Positions 45,641-55,514 of a stretch of 64,000 nucleotides of DNA are shown piece by piece. The stretch is from Candidatus Latescibacterota bacterium. Lineage in GTDB: Bacteria; Latescibacterota; UBA2968; UBA8231. Position 1 is the first letter of the stretch. Each line of letters opens with the position of its first letter. The DNA lies in the NCBI GenBank assembly GCA_963422735.1, contig OY730476.1:736001-800000 (forward strand), read 5' to 3'. The translations under genes were made by a program, and so were the position numbers. Under the pieces are notes generated by a model. That model was not told the DNA's origin, searched no databases, and saw only the letters and a list, made by a program, of their open reading frames with translations.

Positions 45641-46256
45641 GGCTGCCTCTTCCCTGCGCGGCGCGGACCAACTCGGCCCACAGTGCTTCTGCCTGCGCGG
45701 CGAGCGCGGTCGAACTACCGTTGTTGTCAATGACAAAATCGGCGCGGGCCTTTTTTTTTGTTGGATCCATCTGGCGGGCCATCCGCTGTCTAATCTCGCA
45801 TACCGGCAAGCCGCTGCGCTGCTGCACCCTCGACACGCACCGTTCCTCCTCGGCATCGACCACCACGATCCGGTCAAAGTTCCCTTCGTTTCCCCACTCG
45901 TATATCAGCGGCGCATCAAATATCACGACTCCACCGCCGGCTTCCTCCACAGCCTGCGCCAGCCTGCGCTTTATGGCCGCTGCCAGCGGCGGCCGCATAA
46001 TCGCCTCTAACCGCTGGCTCGCCTCGTCCGACCGCAGAGCGCGACGCCCCAACTCCCGGCGGTTTAAGCACCCGTCTGGGCCGAGCAGATCGCGGCCAAA
46101 TGCCGCTTGCAGATTCTCTATTACTCCTGGGATGGTCGCCACTTCGCGGGCCACTTCGTCGGCATCGACCCGCAGCGCACCAAATTCGGCGAGCATCTGC
46201 GCTAGTGCGGACTTGCCCGCACCCATACCGCCAGTAATGCCTACGAGCACGTGCAC
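45630..46256 (-). CDS. coaE: Dephospho-CoA kinase
   Basis: VGITGGMGAGKS, VDAD, FDAPLIYE, ADFVIDNNG. Confidence 0.95.
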   Translation of the reverse strand: MHVLVGITGGMGAGKSALAQMLAEFGALRVDADEVAREVATIPGVIENLQAAFGRDLLGPDGCLNRRELGRRALRSDEASQRLEAIMRPPLAAAIKRRLAQAVEEAGGGVVIFDAPLIYEWGNEGNFDRIVVVDAEEERCVSRVQQRSGLPVCEIRQRMARQMDPTKKKARADFVIDNNGSSTALAAQAEALWAELVRAAQGRGSHDK

Positions 46257-46416
46257 CTGTGGCTAGCTAGGTTCAACCAACAGCACTCAAAAGATCGTAG
46301 CACTATGCCTTACAATGGTTTAAGGACTTAACTTTCGGAGGGCAACCACGTTCTGTGAACAGGGTAAAATGTACCGCGCCAACCCAGCGCGGTCAACCGA
46401 CCTGAGCGGTGCCCCA

Positions 46417-46445
46417 TTGACACTGTATTGGGCATCGCCTATAGT
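46417..46445 (+). promoter_or_regulatory. Sigma-70 promoter of clpP
   Basis: TTGACA-N17-TATAGT, 44 nt before clpP ATG. Confidence 0.75.
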
Positions 46446-46489
46446 CCATTAATCAGCGAACAGGCTCTCTTCTCACGACAGAATAATAC

Positions 46490-47095
46490 ATGGCAATCGT
46501 ACCCGTAGTAATCGAACAGACCGGCCGCGGCGAACGCGCCTACGACATTTTTTCTCGCCTTCTCAAGGAGCGGATCATCTTCATCAGCTCCCCGATCGAC
46601 GATCGCGAAGCCAACCTAATCATCGCTCAGCTCCTCTTTCTAACCTCGGAAGATCCCAAGAAAGATATTTCGCTCTACATCAACAGCCCCGGCGGCAGCC
46701 TCACAGCCGGCTTGGCCATCTACGACACCATGAAGTACGTTCCCTGCGACGTAGCGACGCTTTGCATCGGCCAAGCATATAGCATGAGCGCGATCCTCCT
46801 CTCCGGCGGAACCAAAGGCAAGCGCCACGCCCTTGCTCATTCTCGGCTCATGCTGCACCAGCCTTGGGGAGGCATCCGCGGGCAAGCGGCCGACATCGAA
46901 ATCCACGCCCGCGAAATCGTCGCGTGGCGCGACCGGCTCAACCATATCTTAGTCCAAGATACCGGCCAGCCGCTCGAGCGCATCGAGCTGGTCACCGAGC
47001 GCGATTACTTTCTTTCGCCCGCCGAGGCGATCGACTTCGGCCTAATTGACGGCCTACTGACGTCCGAAAAAGAGCTGGTAGCCCTCGCCGACTAA
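46490..47095 (+). CDS. clpP: ATP-dependent Clp protease proteolytic subunit
   Basis: [48 protein letters not shown]. Confidence 0.96.
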   Translation: MAIVPVVIEQTGRGERAYDIFSRLLKERIIFISSPIDDREANLIIAQLLFLTSEDPKKDISLYINSPGGSLTAGLAIYDTMKYVPCDVATLCIGQAYSMSAILLSGGTKGKRHALAHSRLMLHQPWGGIRGQAADIEIHAREIVAWRDRLNHILVQDTGQPLERIELVTERDYFLSPAEAIDFGLIDGLLTSEKELVALAD

Positions 47096-48375
47096 TGCCC
47101 CAGCGGGAAGGCGATCACCTCGTCTAAGCAAGACGCGCCGGCAATTACCACAACCAACCGATCCAATCCCAAGGCCACCCCACCAGCTGGCGGAATGCCC
47201 CGCTCCATAGCCGCGAGAAACGCCTCGTCGGCCGGTGCGCCCCCCGACCGAGCACCCCGCGCAAAGCGCTCGCGCTGTTGGACTGGGTCGTTTAACTCTG
47301 TATAGCCGTTTGATAGCTCCACCCCTCCCAAGTACGCTTCCGTTCTCTCGGCCACGGCCGGATCGCCTTCTTTTAGTTTGGCCAATGCGGCTAACTGCCG
47401 AGGATAATCGAAAAGGTGGACCGCCCCTAGTTTGGCCAATTCTGGCTCGACTTTTTCCAGCAAAATCTTGTGGTATAGCTCTTCCCAACTATCTCCTTGT
47501 CTAGCGCTGCCATAGCCCAAAGCACGGGCGCGACGAAAAAGCAACTCCGCGTCTGTACAGGCCTGCAGATCGACAGCAGCCCAGCGCACAAAGGCATCGC
47601 GGACGCTGAGCCGCTCCCACGGCGGCTGCAAGTCGATCTCGCTTCCTGCCCGGACCACGCTCAACCGCCCCAAGACGCTTTCCGCCACATGAGCCACCAA
47701 GTGCTCGACATCGGCCATAATTTCCTCGTAACTGGCGTACGCCCGATACCATTCGACGAGGGTAAACTCGGGGTTGTGTTGCGGCCCCATCTCCCCATTG
47801 CGGTACGAGCGGCTGATCTGGTAAATCCGCTCAAAGCCCACTCCGAGCAACCGCTTCATGTACAGCTCGGGGGAGGGAGCGAGATAAAGCTGCTCTTTCG
47901 CCTTATCCCCCTGGTACTCTGTGGCGAACAGCTGTATGTGTTCCTCTTGCGCCGAGGCGCGGGCCAAAGTGGGCGTCTCCACAGCGAGGAAGTTCGCGTC
48001 CCGAAAAAAATCGCGCACAGCGTCTAACACGGCGGCCCGCACCCGCATATTCGCCCACAGCCCGTTGGCGTGGAACCGCACCCAATCCCCTCGGTGCCAC
48101 GCCGCGCTACTAGAGGCTAACAAGCGAATTTCACTAACGTCTATAACCCCTTCTGCAGCAATCCCATATAGCTCGACTATATCCCCGACTTTTATCCCTT
48201 CTGCCCATGTCTTCACGACGAAATCAACTCCACCGCTCTCGTCTGTGATCCTCCCCCGCCCTTCGGCGAAGTGGAGGAGCCGCCCCCGCACAGCCACTTC
48301 CCCGACCGCAGCAGCCGCTGCGGCCGCAGGCTGGTGCCGCCACAGCAGCCGCGATGGATAGTGTCTAGACTGCAT
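47092..48375 (-). CDS. epmA: EF-P lysine aminoacylase EpmA (PoxA/GenX) with N-terminal OB-like extension
   Basis: [58 protein letters not shown]; ATG 48375. Confidence 0.85.
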   Translation of the reverse strand: MQSRHYPSRLLWRHQPAAAAAAAVGEVAVRGRLLHFAEGRGRITDESGGVDFVVKTWAEGIKVGDIVELYGIAAEGVIDVSEIRLLASSSAAWHRGDWVRFHANGLWANMRVRAAVLDAVRDFFRDANFLAVETPTLARASAQEEHIQLFATEYQGDKAKEQLYLAPSPELYMKRLLGVGFERIYQISRSYRNGEMGPQHNPEFTLVEWYRAYASYEEIMADVEHLVAHVAESVLGRLSVVRAGSEIDLQPPWERLSVRDAFVRWAAVDLQACTDAELLFRRARALGYGSARQGDSWEELYHKILLEKVEPELAKLGAVHLFDYPRQLAALAKLKEGDPAVAERTEAYLGGVELSNGYTELNDPVQQRERFARGARSGGAPADEAFLAAMERGIPPAGGVALGLDRLVVVIAGASCLDEVIAFPLGH

Positions 48376-48389
48376 TGCCCTTTTCTCAC

Positions 48390-48431
48390 AAAAAACCCTT
48401 CTCCGCCAGTGAACGCGCTGGCGGAGAAGGG
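48390..48431 (-). terminator. Intrinsic terminator after clpX
   Basis: CCCTTCTCCGCCAG/CTGGCGGAGAAGGG 14-bp stem followed by T6 on minus strand. Confidence 0.85.
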
Positions 48432-48463
48432 ATATAGTTAAAGCTCGATGCCTGGTTTGGGAA

Positions 48464-49690
48464 TCAAGCTCGCTTCTTGTTGTACACAAACGTCGGCGGA
48501 GCCTTGTTTTCGATGAACTCCTTGGTAATGACGCATTTGGCGATGTCATCTCGTGCCGGGAGATCGAACATGACTTCAAACATGACGGTCTCTAAGACTG
48601 CCCGCAGACCGCGTGCGCCCATCTCCTTTTCTTGAGTCAATGCGACGACCTTCCTCAGGGCCTCCTCTTCAAACCGCAGGGCAATGCCATCCATCTCAAA
48701 CAGCTTCTGGTACTGTTTGACGAGTGCGTTCCGCGGTTTAAGCAGGATGTCCATTAGCGCCCGATCGCTGAAGGGATGCAAGATACCCACCACCGGCAAG
48801 CGGCCAATCAACTCGGGGATTAGGCCGTACTGGATCAATTCTTCGGGTTCGACTCGCGCCAACAGATTAGACTCGTCTGATTCCTCGCGGTCGTCGAGGG
48901 GGCTGCCAAAGCCCATGGACTTGGTTCCGATGCGCTGGCTAATAATTTTGTCCAGCCCATCGAAAGCCCCTCCGCAGATAAAGAGAATGTTTTTGGTGTT
49001 TATTTGTACCAAAGGCTGTTCGGGATGTTTGCGCCCTCCTTTCGGCGGCACCCCCGACACCGTCCCCTCTAAGATCTTGAGGAGCTCCTGTTGGACTCCT
49101 TCGCCTGAAACGTCGCGGGTTATGGAGGGATTGCCGGATTTGCGGGCGACTTTGTCCAGCTCGTCGACAAACAAGATCCCGCGCTCGGCTTGTTTGACAT
49201 CGTAATCCGCGGCTTGGAGGAGCCGCACGAGGATATTTTCCACGTCCTCGCCCACGTACCCGGCCTCGGTGAGGACGGTGGCATCAACGATGGCAAAGGG
49301 CACTTTTAATATGCGCGCCAGCGTCTCCGCCAAAAGCGTCTTGCCCACTCCGGTGGGGCCGATGAGTAGGATATTGCTCTTGCTGAGCTGGACATCCGCA
49401 GTGCCGGAATATACCCGCTTGTAGTGATTGTACACGGCGACCGAGAGCGCCTTTTTGGCGCGTTCTTGGCCGATAATATGCGCGTCGAGGTGGGCCTTAA
49501 TCTCGGCGGGCTTAGGCAAGGGGCGACCGTTGAGACTGGGCTCGTGCTTGTCGTCCTCTGCCAGCCTCTCGTTGCACAAGCCGATGCACTCGCTGCATAT
49601 ATACACCGAAGGCCCCTGAATGACCTTCTCGACTTGATCGCCCCCCTTGCCGCAGAACGAACAGGCTATATCGGGCGTTTTTTTACCCAT
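48464..49690 (-). CDS. clpX: ATP-dependent Clp protease ATP-binding subunit ClpX
   Basis: CSFCGK...ICSEC Zn finger, [30 protein letters not shown] loop, GARGLR. Confidence 0.97.
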   Translation of the reverse strand: MGKKTPDIACSFCGKGGDQVEKVIQGPSVYICSECIGLCNERLAEDDKHEPSLNGRPLPKPAEIKAHLDAHIIGQERAKKALSVAVYNHYKRVYSGTADVQLSKSNILLIGPTGVGKTLLAETLARILKVPFAIVDATVLTEAGYVGEDVENILVRLLQAADYDVKQAERGILFVDELDKVARKSGNPSITRDVSGEGVQQELLKILEGTVSGVPPKGGRKHPEQPLVQINTKNILFICGGAFDGLDKIISQRIGTKSMGFGSPLDDREESDESNLLARVEPEELIQYGLIPELIGRLPVVGILHPFSDRALMDILLKPRNALVKQYQKLFEMDGIALRFEEEALRKVVALTQEKEMGARGLRAVLETVMFEVMFDLPARDDIAKCVITKEFIENKAPPTFVYNKKRA

Positions 49691-49696
49691 CTTCCC

Positions 49697-50326
49697 CTAC
49701 GATCCATCCTCGTCGTCTTGGGGATCCGGGGCACTGCCTTCGCTCTCAGAGGGGTCGCCATCGGCTGCGACGCTCTCAGCCTGCCCGGTTTCGTCGAGGG
49801 TCTCAGTCGGGGTGGCCACAGCCGTCTCCTCTTCGGCCTTGTCTTGACCGGCCTTCATCACGTTGATGGCTTGGAACCCCTTGGCGGTGCGGGTCACCAT
49901 GAACTCAACTTCGTCATCCTGGGTCAAACTCCGGTCCCAAGATGAAATATCGCGCCAGTGGACGAAGACATCGACATGGCCATCTGTAGAAATAAAACCA
50001 TATCCCTTATCATTGTTAAACCACTTGACTATGCCGCGAGTCCAGGTGTTTTCCGCTAGGCCGCGGCGCTCGTGCGTTGAAGGGCTGCTCTCCGCACTGC
50101 CGGGGAGCGGACGAGACGGCTGTTTCTTCTCCTCGCTCTCCAGAACGCGGGCGAACAGATCTTGCTTGAGACCTTGACCGCCCTCGGCACCTTGGGCTAT
50201 CCACTCGACAGCCGCCATCATACCTATGACGTAAGGACTATCGTTGCCGTAGAGCTTACGGGCGTCCCCTATGCGTTGAGCCAGTTCGCTCACCACCCTG
50301 CTTTCTAAGTGTATTGAACTACCCAA
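49697..50326 (-). CDS. Cold-shock domain protein with N-terminal extension and acidic tail
   Basis: GIVKWFNNDKGYGFI...DVFVHW...GFQAINV; about 95 extra N-terminal aa; TTG start with upstream GAGGA. Confidence 0.85.
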   Translation of the reverse strand: MGSSIHLESRVVSELAQRIGDARKLYGNDSPYVIGMMAAVEWIAQGAEGGQGLKQDLFARVLESEEKKQPSRPLPGSAESSPSTHERRGLAENTWTRGIVKWFNNDKGYGFISTDGHVDVFVHWRDISSWDRSLTQDDEVEFMVTRTAKGFQAINVMKAGQDKAEEETAVATPTETLDETGQAESVAADGDPSESEGSAPDPQDDEDGS

Positions 50327-50419
50327 TTAATCTATTCCTCCTACCCCTAAAGGGCCTTAAATGCCTCTTATCAAAGTTCGGGATATAAGGGATTTAGTTA
50401 AGCAATATGCATAGGTTTG

Positions 50420-51808
50420 TCAACCTACTCTAAACCGGTATTGCTTAACCCCTTCGTAGATGGTTTGGCCGCTCACTTTCGCTATACCCGTGAGCGGCAC
50501 GGCGATTAGCATCCCGACGATGCCCATGAATTGACTTCCCACCATGACGACAAAGAGGACGACCAAAGGATGCAACTCGACGCTTTTGGCCACCATTGTG
50601 GGTTGAATGAGTACGTTGTCGATCAGTTGAATGACCAAGAACATAACGATCACTTTGGCCACCATCGCCAAGCCACCACCAATAGCCAAGGCTACAATCG
50701 AAGAGCAGACGATCCCGATCAATGGCCCGAGATACGGGATTACGTTGGCCAACCCGGCGAGCAACCCCAGAGGCAGGGCATAATAGACGCCGATAATGGA
50801 CAAGCCGCTAATCGAGAGCACCGATACGACGAGGACGGCCAAAAGTTGGCCGCGGATATAATTTCCGATCTGTTTATTGACTTGGTACATTAGGTTTAAG
50901 CACAACTCAAAATAGGCATTGGGAACGAGTGCAATCAGGCACCGCTTCAAGCGCCGCCCCTCTTTGAGAAAAAAGAACGCCACAAATGGCACGAGCACCG
51001 CAAAAGTAAGGCCCGAGATCACGCCCTCGATGAATATCGTAGTGCCCCCCAACATCGTCTGCATTAGCCGCTCGCCGTGCTCCCGGATCAACTCGGCGAG
51101 GCGGAAATCGATCCCCAAATAGGGCTGTAGCATGGGCTCAATTTTTGAAGCCCTATCGCTGGTTTCCGTCAAGATTTTATTGCCGATTTCCACCAAGACG
51201 TTGGGGTCGGCCTCGCCAAAGCCAATATCAGTACGCGAAAACACAACGGAATCCGATTGGCCAGCCGATTGGCCTCCTGTGGCCAAACCACCATTGCCAT
51301 GGACGCTAATGCGCTGGCTATGCGTGCCTCTTCCCTGCGAGTACTCGACTAAGAGCGAGTTTGCAGCCGGTTCGTGACCCTTGGGAACAAAGCGGAGGTG
51401 AACTGCCAACTCCTCCATGGGAGCGATCTCTAGTGGCCAGCGGTGTTCCTCTCTTAGGACAAACGGCTGGTCCCGCGAATCGTCTTCCCAAGCTACCCCT
51501 CGGATGATTAGGAGTTTGTCTCCGGTGTTGGCGATGGTAAAAACTCTATCAACCGTTTCTCCGGTCAGCTTGTCTCCAACCTTAAATGCGCCCAGCCCCA
51601 ACCCGGCAAAAACGAGCGAAAAGACGAGGAGAGTACTCCAAACCCGCCCCAACCCCTTCCTCTCCATCCAATCGACGATTGGACAGAGGACATAGGCTAA
51701 GACAAAAGCTAAAACAAAAGGGGTGAGGATTCCGCGAATCTCGTATAGGAACCACCCGGCGACCGCTACGGCCACTAAGCCGATTGCGATTTTGACTTGC
51801 CAATTCAT
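50420..51808 (-). CDS. AI-2E family transporter with inserted Ig-like domain
   Basis: PFVLAFVLAYVLCPIV, YIRGQLL, NVIPYLGP, QLIDNVLIQP, LHPL, GMLIAVP. Confidence 0.9.
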   Translation of the reverse strand: MNWQVKIAIGLVAVAVAGWFLYEIRGILTPFVLAFVLAYVLCPIVDWMERKGLGRVWSTLLVFSLVFAGLGLGAFKVGDKLTGETVDRVFTIANTGDKLLIIRGVAWEDDSRDQPFVLREEHRWPLEIAPMEELAVHLRFVPKGHEPAANSLLVEYSQGRGTHSQRISVHGNGGLATGGQSAGQSDSVVFSRTDIGFGEADPNVLVEIGNKILTETSDRASKIEPMLQPYLGIDFRLAELIREHGERLMQTMLGGTTIFIEGVISGLTFAVLVPFVAFFFLKEGRRLKRCLIALVPNAYFELCLNLMYQVNKQIGNYIRGQLLAVLVVSVLSISGLSIIGVYYALPLGLLAGLANVIPYLGPLIGIVCSSIVALAIGGGLAMVAKVIVMFLVIQLIDNVLIQPTMVAKSVELHPLVVLFVVMVGSQFMGIVGMLIAVPLTGIAKVSGQTIYEGVKQYRFRVG

Positions 51809-52383
51809 TGGATACTGCCTGCTCGCCGAGCCCCTTTTAACAGGCGCTCGGGGTCGCGCAACTGCACCGAGAGTTTCTCTATAAGTTCGAGTACGTCGGC
51901 CGAGATCGCTTGCGCCAAGCCCTCGACTATTTTCGAGGCGAGCGGGATGTTACTCTCTATGAGTTCGAGTACGTCGGAGCGGCAAAACACGAGGAGGCTA
52001 CAAGGCCGGACAGCGTAAGCCGAAGCGGGGCGCGGCGATTCATCTACAAGGGCCTGTTCGCCAAAAAAATCCCCACTGGTCAAGGTGGCTAGCTGCTTCT
52101 CAACTCCATCGTCGCCCTTCTGTGCAACCAGCACTTGGCCGGAGACGACGATGTACATCCCCATCCCGGGATCCCCTTGGTTGACAATTGCCTCGCGGGC
52201 TCGCCAATCCCGCGGCCCGTAGAGCATCTCTTCTATTTTGTGCAGCTCTCGTCCGCTCAGCTCTTGAAAAATGGGGACTTTCTTCAAGAGCTTGCAGGTG
52301 GCGGTCGCTTCCTCGTTGCGACCGCTCACTAAGTGCTCTTGCAAGCGACGAAAGACATGCCTCCAGAGAGGATTAGACGGCAT
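51805..52383 (-). CDS. Cyclic nucleotide-binding domain protein
   Basis: LKKVPIFQEL, QGDPGMGMYIVVSG, GDFFGE.AL...PRPASA; no HTH. Confidence 0.88.
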   Translation of the reverse strand: MPSNPLWRHVFRRLQEHLVSGRNEEATATCKLLKKVPIFQELSGRELHKIEEMLYGPRDWRAREAIVNQGDPGMGMYIVVSGQVLVAQKGDDGVEKQLATLTSGDFFGEQALVDESPRPASAYAVRPCSLLVFCRSDVLELIESNIPLASKIVEGLAQAISADVLELIEKLSVQLRDPERLLKGARRAGSIQ

Positions 52384-52436
52384 GTTTAGCACTCCCGTTC
52401 AGACAGGCAACGCCCCAAGCTCTCTCGTCCGCACAA

Positions 52437-52763
52437 TTAAGCCAATGCGGCCTCTAGCTTTTCGGTGATTTGCCTTTTGGGGACGGCACCAATTATCTGG
52501 TCGGCAACTTTGCCCTCTTTGAAAATGAGCAAGGTGGGGATGCTGCGGATGCCGAATTCGGCCGCTGTTTTCTGAGCCTCGTCGACGTCCAATTTGCACA
52601 CTTTGGCCCTGCCCTCGTATTCACCGCTCAATTCTTGGACAATCGGCGTAATCACTCGGCACGGACCGCACCATGTCGCCCAGAAATCCACGAGCACGGG
52701 TAAACCGGCGTTGAGAACTTCGGCGCTGAAATTGTCATCGGTTAAGACAGTAGGTTCGCTCAC
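52437..52763 (-). CDS. trxA: Thioredoxin
   Basis: VDFWATWCGPC, IRSIPTL. Confidence 0.97.
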   Translation of the reverse strand: MSEPTVLTDDNFSAEVLNAGLPVLVDFWATWCGPCRVITPIVQELSGEYEGRAKVCKLDVDEAQKTAAEFGIRSIPTLLIFKEGKVADQIIGAVPKRQITEKLEAALA

Positions 52764-52816
52764 GATAGTCTATACTTTCTTTTCAACATGTTACTAACAC
52801 AATACCTTGTGCTTCA

Positions 52817-52845
52817 ATTATAGTTCTGGCACTACCCATTGTCAA
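52817..52845 (-). promoter_or_regulatory. Consensus sigma-70 promoter of trxA
   Basis: Minus strand TTGACA-N17-TATAAT, perfect consensus. Confidence 0.85.
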
Positions 52846-52847
52846 GC

Positions 52848-53867
52848 TTAGCGCTTCCTGCACAACTTGGCCACCAGCAATTCCAAAACCAAGTGCTCTT
52901 GGCGTCGCCCCTGCGATTTTAGGCACCAATCGGCCTCCTTTAAGGCGCTCAACCCCGCCCACAGCCAAGAGATGGGGCGGCGCTTGGCCTGCTCCAAATA
53001 CCCGGGCAAAAAGAACGGCGCAACACCTAATTCGGCGGCCATTTTGTCGCGCGGTAGCGATTTGTCTACTAGCCCCTTAGCCTTGAGCAAAAGCTGGAAG
53101 TGCCGGGCGACCATGGCTACGGCGCGGGTTGGCTCTTCTCCTTGGCTGAGAAACTTTTGCATCAACTCTTGGGCTAACTTGCCCTGCCCTTTGCCTAGGG
53201 CATCGGCGAGATCGAACACACTAGCCCCGCGCGTGATACCAGCGACTTGTTTGACCGCCGAGGTGGTGATCAACTGGCCCTCCCCGACAAAACTGACCAA
53301 TTTTTCTATCTCGCTGACCAACTCGCGCGGCTTGGGCCCCACGTACTGGCTGAGTAGCCGGATGGCCGCGGGCTCGATCTGCACCCCTTGGCGCTTGGCG
53401 TACCGCTGTATCCACTGTGGAACTTGGTTGTCGTAGGGCGGCCTAAATTCTAGCGTACGACCTTGCCGCGAGAGCTCGCGAAAAAACTTCCGACGCATAT
53501 CGACCTTTCGGCCCACTACCAGCAGCCGACTAGTCGCCACGGGCATTGCAAATACGCGCTCCAAGCCGCGACATTGGTCGGTCGCTAAGGCCTCGGCATC
53601 GCGCAGCACAATCAGCCGGCTCTCGGCCATCATGGGATAGGTCTCATAGACCTGAAAAAAATCCAGCACCGCCAAGCGCTCGGCCCTCAGTACGTCGAGA
53701 TTGAAATCCCGCGTCTGGGCTGGCACCAAGGCTTCGACCATAGACACAACCAAGGCCTCGCGCTCGTATTCCTCGTCCCCGTGTAATAAATAAAAGGGCC
53801 GAATATCCCCCTTGGCGATTTCGGCCAGTAGCTCTTCGGGATTCAGCCCTTTGGACCTCTTAGCCAC
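52848..53867 (-). CDS. holA: DNA polymerase III delta subunit
   Basis: YLLHGDEEY, DFN, PMMAESRLIV, EIEKL, VFDLADA; GTG 53867. Confidence 0.9.
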   Translation of the reverse strand: MAKRSKGLNPEELLAEIAKGDIRPFYLLHGDEEYEREALVVSMVEALVPAQTRDFNLDVLRAERLAVLDFFQVYETYPMMAESRLIVLRDAEALATDQCRGLERVFAMPVATSRLLVVGRKVDMRRKFFRELSRQGRTLEFRPPYDNQVPQWIQRYAKRQGVQIEPAAIRLLSQYVGPKPRELVSEIEKLVSFVGEGQLITTSAVKQVAGITRGASVFDLADALGKGQGKLAQELMQKFLSQGEEPTRAVAMVARHFQLLLKAKGLVDKSLPRDKMAAELGVAPFFLPGYLEQAKRRPISWLWAGLSALKEADWCLKSQGRRQEHLVLELLVAKLCRKR

Positions 53868-54054
53868 GATCTTCGCTTTCGGTCCCTTCTTCGTCCAATA
53901 TGCAGTATTCGGCCTCGGCGACTTGGCTCGGATCGATACTGCCGCGCTTGTTGGGCGCACTTCTGCGGGGACGTCCCCTTAGTTGCCGGTACGCAGTGTA
54001 ACATAGCAACACGATCACCGTCGCCAGCAGCAATTTGAACAACAGGAACATCAT
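53860..54054 (-). CDS. Small single-TM hypothetical protein
   Basis: Hydrophobic N-terminus, basic linker, C-terminal 'VAEAEY..LDEE'; overlaps holA start. Confidence 0.65.
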   Translation of the reverse strand: MMFLLFKLLLATVIVLLCYTAYRQLRGRPRRSAPNKRGSIDPSQVAEAEYCILDEEGTESEDRG

Positions 54055-54093
54055 AGTTTGTTCATCCCTTCTTTTTGCGCTGGAATTTAACAC

Positions 54094-54122
54094 AAAAAGC
54101 TCCCCCTGTTACCGGGGGAGCT
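54094..54122 (-). terminator. Intrinsic terminator after lipoprotein gene
   Basis: AGCTCCCCC/GGGGGAGCT stem with T-run on minus strand. Confidence 0.75.
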
Positions 54123-54151
54123 CTACGTAGTGCAGCGGGGGGCGGACTCGA

Positions 54152-54607
54152 CTATTTTGCGGCTTCCCACTTGAGCGGGAAGGGTTCGGTCTTGTTGGCC
54201 CTCTGCCACATCCGATCTAGGTTGCCATATATCTTGGTAAATTCTTCTTCGACGCGCGCAATGCTCTTTTGGGCGTTGGGCACAAATGTCGGGAAGTCCG
54301 GCTCGACCAGCTTGCGCATCGCCGCCTTCAAGGCCCGCTTCATGGCGTTGTGCAAGGCCCGGAGGCGCTTGTCTTCGAGCTCTACCTTCTCCAACTCGTC
54401 GAGCAAGGTCTGCATGACCTGTTCGACGTCGTGGGCCTGATTGGTCATGCCCTCGGTCGTTAGGTACTTCTGATAGTTCATTAGCTGTTGACTATAGCGC
54501 TCCAAGCCTTGTAAGGTCTGGATATAAGGGGTCAGTTCATCTTGTTTGCCGCCTCCGCAGGCCAAAAGCCCGCTGACGAGCGCGAATAGGATTAAACTTT
54601 TGCTCAT
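54152..54607 (-). CDS. Hypothetical alpha-helical lipoprotein
   Basis: GGAGGA SD; signal MSKSLILFALVSGLLAC with lipobox. Confidence 0.8.
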   Translation of the reverse strand: MSKSLILFALVSGLLACGGGKQDELTPYIQTLQGLERYSQQLMNYQKYLTTEGMTNQAHDVEQVMQTLLDELEKVELEDKRLRALHNAMKRALKAAMRKLVEPDFPTFVPNAQKSIARVEEEFTKIYGNLDRMWQRANKTEPFPLKWEAAK

Positions 54608-54645
54608 TGGTTCCTCCATTTCCCAAAGATATTATCAGCCCCAAC

Positions 54646-55509
54646 CTAATAATCTGTCGGGCGCGAGTCAAATGTATGGCGGCGGTGATAAAGCACCGCG
54701 TTCAACTCGCCGCCCAACAGCAAAGTAAAAGCCAGCAAATACGCGGACAGCAAGAGGATGATAGCGGTCCCGAGTACGCCATAGATGATATTGTAATAGC
54801 CGAACCGCTCGACGTAATCCAAGGCAGAGGCAATGGCCCCGGACAGTGTAGAAGACACTATACTACCAGGCAACACGTCCAACCAACGCAAGCGCACGGC
54901 GGGCATGAAATAGTAAATACAAGCGGCCGTTGTGACCATGCCGACCACGACCACCGCGTGCCTCAACAAGGCCACCAACGGAGAAAAGTGATGTGAGGAA
55001 GTCCAGTAGTCCCGCAGCCAACTCTCGACGTGTTCGCCGAATACGATGAGGTTAAAAAAAAAGACGAACGAAATCCCCAAGACCACAATTAAGACGAGCG
55101 AGAGAATGCGCCGTTTATAGAAGGACCGATGCTCTTGCACACCATAGGCCCGGTTAAGCACCATCATCGTAGTGGACATGCTAGCCGACGCCGGCCAGAT
55201 GACGCCCAAGAACCCGATGGCGAATAAACTCTGTGACGAGAGAAAGTTGATATTGTCTTCGACGGCCTCCAGCAGCGGGACGGGGATGACAACGCCCAAA
55301 ATTTCGAGGACTTGGATGAAATCTTCAGACGATATGCCCAAAAAGCCCAATAGGGCTGTCAGAACGAGAATGCCCGGGAAAATGGCAAATATAAAGTCAA
55401 AGGCCATGGCTGGGGCCGAGGTCGTGCAATCGTGGCGGAACGTTGCCACCACAGCATCGCGGCCGACTGCTAGATAGAAGACAACCCGGCTCTTGAGTGC
55501 GTCTATCAC
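54646..55509 (-). CDS. YihY / BrkB family membrane protein
   Basis: AMAF...AIFP, LNRAY..QEHRSF.KRR, YNIIYG.LG, LLLGGELNA; GTG 55509. Confidence 0.88.
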   Translation of the reverse strand: MIDALKSRVVFYLAVGRDAVVATFRHDCTTSAPAMAFDFIFAIFPGILVLTALLGFLGISSEDFIQVLEILGVVIPVPLLEAVEDNINFLSSQSLFAIGFLGVIWPASASMSTTMMVLNRAYGVQEHRSFYKRRILSLVLIVVLGISFVFFFNLIVFGEHVESWLRDYWTSSHHFSPLVALLRHAVVVVGMVTTAACIYYFMPAVRLRWLDVLPGSIVSSTLSGAIASALDYVERFGYYNIIYGVLGTAIILLLSAYLLAFTLLLGGELNAVLYHRRHTFDSRPTDY

Positions 55510-55514
55510 TGCGG

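Noticed and set aside
45641-45877. N-terminal extension of GcvT in the ORF track
   Set aside because: Overlaps coaE in another frame; the ATG at 45640 has an SD and gives normal length.
48376-48579. Further N-terminal extension of EpmA (495-aa call)
   Set aside because: Runs through the clpX 3' end and its terminator.
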